Source: a virus. From it: a stretch of DNA of 64,000 nucleotides. Under the pieces are notes generated by a model that had not been told where the DNA came from, did no database searches, and was given only the letters and a program-made list of their open reading frames with translations. Of the stretch, positions 20,273 to 26,822 are shown piece by piece. Within the stretch, counting starts at the first letter, position 1. Each line of letters opens with the position of its first letter. The stretch is from IMG/VR virus record IMGVR_UViG_3300020190_000007, positions 106,861 to 170,860 of that record, one strand, 5' to 3'. A program made the position numbers and the translations under genes.

Positions 20273-22291
20273 ATGTCAGTAGATTTTTTCGAAGAAGGAA
20301 ACACAACCAACCCAAAGAAAACAAGAAAGGGTTCAACCACCCCTATCCTTGATAACTTTTCAAGGGATTTAAACAAAATGGTAGAAGAGGGTAAAATTGA
20401 CCCAATAATTGGGAGAGATGGTGAGGTTAAAAGAATTGCACAGATATTATCTAGAAAAAAGAAAAACAACGTAGTGATAATTGGTGACGCGGGTGTGGGT
20501 AAATCGGCTTTAGTTGAGAAACTCGCTCAGATGATTGTAAAAGGAGATTGTCCATCAAATCTTTTAGACAAACGAGTTGTATCATTAGATTTAACATCTT
20601 TGGTGGCTGGTACAAAATACAGAGGTCAGTTTGAAGAACGTATTAAAGCAGTTCTAAACGAAATACAGAATGAACCTAATGTAATTGTGTTTATTGATGA
20701 AATACACACAATGGTTGGTGCTGGCAACGCTAGCGGGTCAATGGACGCCGCTAATATTATGAAACCCGCATTAGCTCGAGGAGAAATTCAATGTATTGGG
20801 GCGACAACATTTGATGAATTTAAAAAACACATCGAGAAAGATGGTGCATTAGTTAGAAGATTTCAAAAAATAATTTTGAAAGAACCAAGTAAGGAAGAAA
20901 CAGTTCAAATTTTAAAAAATTTAAAAGATTCATATCAAAATTTTCACAAAGTATTTTATGAACCGGAGGTTTTTGAAACTATCGTGAATTTGTCATCAAG
21001 ATTTATCACAGACCGTCAGTTTCCCGATAAAGCAATTGACGTGATGGATGAATTGGGTTCAGAAAAAAAAATAAATACCAAAATTCCTGAGATTATTGAA
21101 AAACTAAAAAAGGAATCTGATGATTTAAAAAATAGGAAGATAGAAGTTGTAAAAAGTCAAAACTATGAACAAGCGGCTAAATTAAGAGATGAAGAAAGAA
21201 AATTACTGAGTAAATTAAATGATGAAAAAAAGAAGTGGTTAGACAAACAAAAAGACAATAAAACACCCGTAACGGTTGCAGATGTATATGAAATGATTTC
21301 ACAAATTACAGGTGTACCTCTCTCTAAGATTGATGATACAGAGACCGCAAATCTTTTGAACTTAGAAGAAAAATTAAAATCTAAAGTAATTGGTCAAGAC
21401 GAGGCTATTTCAATAATTTCCAAATCAATTAGAAGAAATAGGGTTGGTATTAAAGATACAAATAAACCAATAGGTTCTTTTATATTTTTAGGTTCAACTG
21501 GTGTTGGTAAAACATATCTCGCAAAATCGATTGCTGAACTACTTTTCGGAGACTCCGAAAAAGTAATTCGTGTTGATATGAGTGAATACATGGAAAAACA
21601 CAACGTGGCAAAATTAATTGGTTCACCTCCAGGTTATGTTGGTTATGATGAAGGAGGCCAACTTACTGAGAAGATTAAAAATAATCCATTTTCTGTGGTA
21701 TTGTTCGATGAGGTTGAAAAAGCACACAAAGACGTTTTCAATATCTTACTTCAAATTTTGGATGAAGGACATTTAACCGATTCGTTTGGAAGAAAAGTAA
21801 ACTTTACAAACACTATAGTAATCATGACATCCAATATTGGTGCAAAAAAAGTATCTGAATTTGGTAAGGGTGTTGGTTTTAGTTCATCATCTTCAGAATC
21901 ACAAAACTTTGAGGTTAAAAAATCAATCGTTCAAAAATCATTAAAACAACACTTTAACCCTGAGTTTTTGAATCGAGTAGACGACATAATCAGTTTTAAT
22001 TCGTTAGATAAAGATGTAATTAAAAAGATTATTGAAATTGAATTAAATAAGTTGTCTGTTAGATTAAAAGAAAAAAATTATAAAGTTTCTTTTGATAAGA
22101 CAATTGTGGAGAGAATATCGGAACTTAATATTCAAGAAGATTTTGGTGCAAGACCAGTTAAAAGAATCATCCAAAATATGTGTGAAGATTATTTAAGTGA
22201 TTCAATCTTAAAAGGCGAAATTAAGGAGAATGATTCCATTAATTTAAAATTTAAAGACGGTGAAATAAAAATTTTTAAAAAAAGGGTGTAA
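20273..22291 (+). CDS. clpC: ClpC/ClpB-family AAA+ ATPase lacking the N-terminal Clp-repeat domain
   Basis: GDAGVGKS and GSTGVGKT Walker A motifs, GTKYRGQFEER, GSPPGYVGYDEGGQLTE, UVR-like QNYEQAAKLRD, GVGF loop. Confidence 0.88.
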   Translation: MSVDFFEEGNTTNPKKTRKGSTTPILDNFSRDLNKMVEEGKIDPIIGRDGEVKRIAQILSRKKKNNVVIIGDAGVGKSALVEKLAQMIVKGDCPSNLLDKRVVSLDLTSLVAGTKYRGQFEERIKAVLNEIQNEPNVIVFIDEIHTMVGAGNASGSMDAANIMKPALARGEIQCIGATTFDEFKKHIEKDGALVRRFQKIILKEPSKEETVQILKNLKDSYQNFHKVFYEPEVFETIVNLSSRFITDRQFPDKAIDVMDELGSEKKINTKIPEIIEKLKKESDDLKNRKIEVVKSQNYEQAAKLRDEERKLLSKLNDEKKKWLDKQKDNKTPVTVADVYEMISQITGVPLSKIDDTETANLLNLEEKLKSKVIGQDEAISIISKSIRRNRVGIKDTNKPIGSFIFLGSTGVGKTYLAKSIAELLFGDSEKVIRVDMSEYMEKHNVAKLIGSPPGYVGYDEGGQLTEKIKNNPFSVVLFDEVEKAHKDVFNILLQILDEGHLTDSFGRKVNFTNTIVIMTSNIGAKKVSEFGKGVGFSSSSSESQNFEVKKSIVQKSLKQHFNPEFLNRVDDIISFNSLDKDVIKKIIEIELNKLSVRLKEKNYKVSFDKTIVERISELNIQEDFGARPVKRIIQNMCEDYLSDSILKGEIKENDSINLKFKDGEIKIFKKRV

Positions 22292-22329
22292 ATATTCATA
22301 CTTTTTAAAAAAACATATATATTTATATT

Positions 22330-22435
22330 CACACAGGATATCTTTGCCGATTTCCTTTCGTTTTATAGTCTGTGGTGTTGAAACCACAAAATGACCACAA
22401 ACCCCCGACTCTCTGTTGGGGGTTTTTATTTTTTT
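22330..22435 (+). ncRNA. putative small RNA (partner of the 31871-32040 RNA)
   Basis: TATTTATA motif 22320-22327; no ORF; CACAG/CTGTG stem enclosing a pyrimidine-rich loop; strong terminator 22399-22430. Confidence 0.45.
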
Positions 22436-22464
22436 GGTATTCTAAAAATTATTATTTATATTTG
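22433..22464 (+). promoter_or_regulatory. Bacteroidota sigma70-type promoter (-33 TTTG / -7 TAnnTTTG)
   Basis: TTTG 22433-22436, 20-nt spacer, TATATTTG 22457-22464. Confidence 0.7.
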
Positions 22465-22482
22465 CGATAAATCTATTTTACC

Positions 22483-22896
22483 ATGGAATATACAAAAGAT
22501 TTGATATTAGTTAGGGGTTTACCCGGCTCGGGTAAATCCACTTTAGGTGAGGTCATTCTTTATACCCCAAATAATCCAATGAAACCATTGTCGGCGGATG
22601 ATTTCTTTACAGACAAGGAAGGTAACTACAATTTTGACCCAATAAAATTAAGGGAAGCTCATAACGACTGCCAACAAAGGTGTGCAAATTTGATGATGAA
22701 TAGCGTCGTAAGAGTTGTTGTGTCAAATACGTTTACCCAAGAATGGGAAATGGAACCATATTTTGAAATGGCGAAAAGATACGGATATCGAATTCACACT
22801 ATTGTTGTTGAAAACAGACACGGTGGTGAAAATGTCCACGGAGTACCCTCTGACAAATTAGAGATTATGAAAAATCGTTTTGAAGTAAAACTGTGA
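22483..22896 (+). CDS. P-loop kinase (AAA_33 / polynucleotide kinase-like)
   Basis: LILVRGLPGSGKST, SADDFF, VVSNTFTQEWE, NVHGVP motifs. Confidence 0.85.
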   Translation: MEYTKDLILVRGLPGSGKSTLGEVILYTPNNPMKPLSADDFFTDKEGNYNFDPIKLREAHNDCQQRCANLMMNSVVRVVVSNTFTQEWEMEPYFEMAKRYGYRIHTIVVENRHGGENVHGVPSDKLEIMKNRFEVKL

Positions 22897-23231
22897 TAGT
22901 TAGGTTACAAAAATACCATGAGGATGGTTTAGATAATGTTGAGTTGATTTCTTTAGACCACGACTTGGGTGATAGCGCAATGAAAGAATGGTTACACGGT
23001 GTAGTTAAAAACTACGAAATCAACTACGACAATATCACCGAGAAAACAGGTATGGACTGTACCAAATGGTTAGTTAATCAGTGGTTGGATGGAAAACCTG
23101 TTGTTGATGTGGTTGTACATTCAGCCAACGCGGTTGGGAGTGCTAATATGATGGGGTACATCAATAATTATAGACATATCCACAGATTACCCCAAAACTG
23201 TGTGAGAGTTCAGTGGGACCATACGGTTTAA
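22893..23231 (+). pseudogene. N-terminally truncated cyclic-phosphate-processing receiver-like protein, probable deletion fusion
   Basis: ISLDHDLG, KTGMDC.KWL and VHSAN.VG motifs present but the first LxLDD strand is missing. Confidence 0.55.
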
Positions 23232-23314
23232 ACTTTTTTTAAACAATTTATTCATTTATTTGTATAGGTCGATTTTTTTGGTCAAATTTGTGATGAACCA
23301 AAAATTAAATCGAC

Positions 23315-23659
23315 ATGCCACCAAAACTACCTAAAAAACCAAACGATACCGTAATCAAAAAGTTAATACTCCAACAGGACTATAATAGCTTTGGTGATTT
23401 TTACAATGTTAACAAAGAACTAATTTATCTGACGTTAGTCAACCTCTTTAAAAGTCTTAAAAGAAAAGATAAAAACAATGTAATTTTAGTGTTAGGCGCT
23501 AAGATAAATGGTTTACAATGGGAAACTGAGTTAAAATTTAAAAGAAAAGAATCAATTGTTTTAGTAAGGGATATTCTACCATTCTTTGAAGGTAACGAAG
23601 ATTATGAAACTTGTGCTGAAATAACCGATACGTACAATAAAATACTTCAGATTCAATAA
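23315..23659 (+). CDS. hypothetical protein
   Basis: ORF track; C-terminal EDYETCAEI UVR-like motif. Confidence 0.6.
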   Translation: MPPKLPKKPNDTVIKKLILQQDYNSFGDFYNVNKELIYLTLVNLFKSLKRKDKNNVILVLGAKINGLQWETELKFKRKESIVLVRDILPFFEGNEDYETCAEITDTYNKILQIQ

Positions 23660-23713
23660 TAAGATGATGATTGATTGATATCACCTAAACGGGTTATATC
23701 ACTCCGTAATCAC

Positions 23714-23968
23714 TTACTCAGATACTGAGTCGTCTGATTTCTTTTTATGTGAGAACTTGTCTACAGTATCTGCACCCATTCCAATTGCAGTAATAACCAT
23801 AACTGCGTTTACTAATTCTTCAGATGGTTTAATGTCACCATGAGAAAAAGAATTTACAGCCATGGTACCACAAAGGAATAATGCGCCTAATAGAGCAATT
23901 ACCGGTTTGATTGAAGTTGACCCTCTTTCATCTTTGAATAGGTCAATAATCCATTTTTTAAAGTTCAT
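23714..23968 (-). CDS. small two-TM membrane protein (holin-like)
   Basis: Two hydrophobic segments, charged C-terminus; TATTTATA motif at 24006-24013. Confidence 0.55.
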   Translation of the reverse strand: MNFKKWIIDLFKDERGSTSIKPVIALLGALFLCGTMAVNSFSHGDIKPSEELVNAVMVITAIGMGADTVDKFSHKKKSDDSVSE

Positions 23969-24103
23969 AGTTGTAATTTAGTTTAGTTTTATTTATTTGG
24001 TTTACTATAAATACCTCGGCAATGAAGATTGTTATATATATTTTTTTAAACATTTTGAAATATGAAATTTACTTGTTATAATTTATAATAAAAGTTAACA
24101 GAT

Positions 24104-24189
24104 GAATAAGAAGCGAAGTTGGTCGATTACATCTGACTTGAAATTAGGTGTACTACAAAGTATCGTAGGTTCAAATTTTACTCTCTCCG
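24104..24189 (+). pseudogene. degenerate tRNA-Ser(UGA)
   Basis: CTTGAAA anticodon loop, long variable arm, GGTTCAAAT T-loop and 3' TCTCTCCG are present, but the 5' acceptor strand and T-stem no longer pair. Confidence 0.6.
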
Positions 24190-24244
24190 ACACAGATGAA
24201 AGAGTGGTTCGATTTCCTATAGGGATACAACTAAAAAAGACAAT

Positions 24245-24487
24245 ATGTTAGAAAAAATTTTAGAACAATATGCAGATGAGGAAATTTTAATAGCGGATGG
24301 ATTTGATTCCGCGGTATTAGGAATTGATGAAAACTCTATGAGATTGATTTACTCGGTTGAAAAGTGTTTAAAGATTCTCATGGACCAAGGTATGGACATG
24401 ACTGAAGCGGTTGAATATTTTGATTTTAACGTGTCAGGTTCATACATGGGAGAGAAGACACCAATATGGTGTGATGATTTATTTTAA
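24245..24487 (+). CDS. conserved small phage hypothetical protein
   Basis: ADGFDSAVLG...YS..KC...EAVEYFDFNV.GSY.GE.TP pattern. Confidence 0.7.
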   Translation: MLEKILEQYADEEILIADGFDSAVLGIDENSMRLIYSVEKCLKILMDQGMDMTEAVEYFDFNVSGSYMGEKTPIWCDDLF

Positions 24488-24524
24488 AAAAACTTTTTGT
24501 ATATTTGTATATACTTATTAAACA

Positions 24525-24626
24525 ATGATGAACTTGGTACACATACAACAAACGTCAAACAACCCGCTAAGTGGTAATGGGAGAGGTTTGTATTTAAGTA
24601 ACCCAAGTTCGGATTTTAAGTTGTAA
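24525..24626 (+). CDS. putative leader peptide (33 aa, MMNLVHIQQTSNNPLSGNGRGLYLSNPSSDFKL)
   Basis: Follows TATATTTG (24500-24507); overlaps an antiterminator-like segment; ends 30 nt before a terminator. Confidence 0.5.
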   Translation: MMNLVHIQQTSNNPLSGNGRGLYLSNPSSDFKL

Positions 24627-24656
24627 GTTATACTGAGAGTAAACTCTAACTAATTG

Positions 24657-24692
24657 AACCCGAACTTTTATTTTTGAAGTTCGGGTTTTTTA
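24657..24692 (+). terminator. terminator/attenuator hairpin upstream of tRNA cluster
   Basis: AACCCGAACTT/AAGTTCGGGTT 11-bp stem followed by a U-run. Confidence 0.8.
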
Positions 24693-24745
24693 TTTTAAGT
24701 CTTTTTTTTGTATAATTGTACAATAGTTCAGATTGAACTGAATTT

Positions 24746-24757
24746 GTTCTTTGACAT
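24746..24757 (+). promoter_or_regulatory. boxA-like antitermination/processing motif GTTCTTTGACAT
   Basis: Same GTTCTTTGA core recurs at 28908 and 30680, each just upstream of a structured RNA. Confidence 0.55.
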
Positions 24758-24772
24758 GTTGGTGAAATTGAT

Positions 24773-24858
24773 GCCGCTGTGTTGAAACAGGTAGACAAGA
24801 GAGACTTAAAATTTCTTGGACAGTAATGTCCGTGCCGGTTCGATTCCGGCCAGCGGTA
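24773..24858 (+). tRNA. tRNA-Leu(UAA)
   Basis: GCCGCTG/CAGCGGT acceptor, CTTAAAA loop, long variable arm, GGTTCGATTCC. Confidence 0.93.
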
Positions 24859-24922
24859 CAAAAATGGAAAACTCCTCAAATCTACAACTACGGTTATCGT
24901 AGAAGGAAATTTCCATTTTAAT

Positions 24923-24994
24923 GGGCCCATAGGTAAAGGGATATACCCTCTCACTTCTAATGAGATATTCCAAGTTCGAATCTTGGTGGGCCTA
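24923..24994 (+). tRNA. tRNA-Arg(UCU)
   Basis: GGGCCCA/TGGGCCT acceptor, TCTCA-CTTCTAA-TGAGA anticodon arm, CCAAG-TTCGAAT-CTTGG T arm. Confidence 0.9.
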
Positions 24995-25170
24995 CGAATT
25001 TAAATGATGTCTCTTTCTATGACAATTTGAACATAAAAGAACACATTTATTAAGTTCATTTTTGATTGATTCATCAGACTTCAATCTGAGTTTTGACCAA
25101 TCAACATCTTTTTCAGAAGGATTTAAATGGTGAAAATCAAAAATGACATATGAACGATTGAACTTTTGTT
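24992..25170 (-). pseudogene. 3' remnant of an HNH endonuclease
   Basis: FDFHHLNPSEK...ELNKCVLLCSNCHRKRH; the N-terminal CxxC part is absent. Confidence 0.7.
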
Positions 25171-25272
25171 CGTACAGATTGTGGTAATTGGACATGTCAT
25201 ATGAATCCCTCGGGACATAAAAAGGTGGCAAATGCTGTTATCACACAGATGAAATTCAAAGTAAAAAACTAA
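25171..25272 (+). pseudogene. 3' remnant of a probable SGNH/GDSL hydrolase
   Basis: Plus frame reads RTDCGNWTCHMNPSGHKKVANAVITQMKFKVKN*, resembling the block V H.N..GH..hA motif. Confidence 0.45.
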
Positions 25273-25321
25273 TATCGCCGATTTAAACGATAATTCATTT
25301 TATCGGTTATTTCGACGATAC

Positions 25322-25395
25322 GGTCCCTTAGCTCAGTTGGTCAGAGCACCCGACTCATAATCGGTAGGTCCACGGTTCAAGCCCGTGAGGGACCA
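25322..25395 (+). tRNA. tRNA with CAU anticodon (probably Ile2, lysidine type; Met possible)
   Basis: GGTCCCT/AGGGACC acceptor, CTCATAA loop, overall similarity to bacterial tRNA-Ile2. Confidence 0.88.
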
Positions 25396-25421
25396 CGAGA
25401 TATTTATATAATAAAAAAATC

Positions 25422-25874
25422 ATGGGAATTGAATTAAAAAAGAAAAAACAACTTATCGAAAGATTAAACAAAAGACTCCTATCCGAAGCGGAAATGGAAT
25501 GTCCTAAAGCAACTCAAGATTTAGAGTTAAATACCAATAATAGAGACAAGTCAATAAAAGCGGATTATATAAAATATGGTCCACTTAATATTGACGAACC
25601 CGGTGATTATTGGGAAATGGTTGCATCTGATTGGAACACCACTGTTGAAGCTGCTAAAAAATCACTATGTGGTAATTGTGTAGCATTTGATATATCACCA
25701 AGAATGGATGAGTGTATGCCAGGTTCGGTTTCTGATGATAGTGGTAGATTAGGGTACTGTTGGATGCATCACTTTAAATGTCACTCCGCAAGAACATGTA
25801 AAACATGGGCAAAAGGTGGTCCAATTACCGAAGATACGGTGTCCTATGAGTGGCAACAAAAAAATCAAAAATAA
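25422..25874 (+). CDS. Cys-rich hypothetical phage protein
   Basis: CGNCVAF, GYCWMHHFKCHSARTC..W; TATTTATA at 25401-25408. Confidence 0.7.
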   Translation: MGIELKKKKQLIERLNKRLLSEAEMECPKATQDLELNTNNRDKSIKADYIKYGPLNIDEPGDYWEMVASDWNTTVEAAKKSLCGNCVAFDISPRMDECMPGSVSDDSGRLGYCWMHHFKCHSARTCKTWAKGGPITEDTVSYEWQQKNQK

Positions 25875-25943
25875 TATCAACATGTGGTCGTACCCTTAAC
25901 TCCAAAACCTATTAAGGAAATCGTTATGGGAAGACCACTCCAA

Positions 25944-26018
25944 GCGGGAGTAGCTCAGTGGTAGAGCATCGCCTTGCCAAGGCGAGGGCCGTGGGTTCAA
26001 ATCCCATTTCCCGCTCCA
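25944..26018 (+). tRNA. tRNA-Gly(GCC) with encoded CCA
   Basis: GCGGGAG/TTCCCGC acceptor, TTGCCAA loop, TCCA end. Confidence 0.95.
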
Positions 26019-26019
26019 A

Positions 26020-26080
26020 GTAGACCTTAAAAAGGGCCCTTCCGTTGCGTACGAAAACGGCTTGTTGGGCCCGGGTCTAC
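26020..26080 (+). ncRNA. GC-rich extended hairpin, unknown
   Basis: GTAGACC/GGTCTAC, GGGCCC/GGGCCC and CCGTT/AACGG nested stems. Confidence 0.35.
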
Positions 26081-26087
26081 CTTTTAA

Positions 26088-26236
26088 GCGAATATCGTAT
26101 AACCGACATTATCGGTTATATTAAAGACTACTTGGTAGTTATGTGTAATAATTTTCACCAACCCACATCAACCCCACAAAATTACTACACATAACAAGGT
26201 GTTACAGTCGCAAGGGTTCGAGCCCCTCACCTTCCG
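26088..26236 (+). pseudogene. mosaic relic: tRNA 5' end, diverged gene fragment, hairpin, tRNA 3' end
   Basis: GCGAATATCGTATAA tRNA-like start; 40-nt copy of 26297-26336; inverted repeat; AGGGTTCGAGCCCCTCACCTTCCG T arm and acceptor half. Confidence 0.5.
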
Positions 26237-26263
26237 CGGAGTACTTATATATTATAAAATGGT

Positions 26264-26725
26264 ATGAAAAAATTTAGAACATTGCACGGAACACTCATAA
26301 CCGACGTTATAGGTTACATCAAAGATTATTTGGTGGATAAAAACGATATTGAAATATTGATTGGTTCGGATTCACAATCATTTAGTAATTCTAAAACAGT
26401 TTACGGGGTGGTTATTGCTCTTTACACAAAAGGTAAGGGTGCTCACGTATTGTGTACTAAAGACACAATACCATTTGAAAAAGATACGTCAAGTAGACTA
26501 ATGACTGAAGTGTGGAAGGCGGTTGAAGTTGCTGAACACTTGAGAAACAATGGTTTACCAAAAGTCACTTGGATTGATATTGACCTTAATCCTGACCCAA
26601 AATACAAATCAAATAAGGTTTTAAGACAAGCCGTTGGTTTGGTTGAGGGTATGGGGTATAAAGTGAGATACAAACACGCGGGGGCTATGATGACCTACAG
26701 CGCGAATCATTTGGTGAGGATTTAA
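26264..26725 (+). CDS. RNase H-like YkuK (DUF458) family protein
   Basis: IGSDSQ, RLMTEV.KAVEVA, IDIDLN..P.YKSN motifs. Confidence 0.8.
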   Translation: MKKFRTLHGTLITDVIGYIKDYLVDKNDIEILIGSDSQSFSNSKTVYGVVIALYTKGKGAHVLCTKDTIPFEKDTSSRLMTEVWKAVEVAEHLRNNGLPKVTWIDIDLNPDPKYKSNKVLRQAVGLVEGMGYKVRYKHAGAMMTYSANHLVRI

Positions 26726-26755
26726 AAATTTTTTTTAATTTTTTTTAAAAAAAAC

Positions 26756-26786
26756 TTTGTTTTTACAAAAAGTTTATATATCTTTG
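26756..26786 (+). promoter_or_regulatory. Bacteroidota sigma70-type promoter
   Basis: TTTG 26756-26759, 19-nt spacer, TATCTTTG 26779-26786. Confidence 0.7.
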
Positions 26787-26822
26787 TACCATTACAATAA
26801 ATTACAACATTAATACGACATT

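Noticed and set aside
24646-24954. 102-aa minus-strand ORF
   Set aside because: Antisense to tRNA-Leu, tRNA-Arg and the terminator; no protein motif
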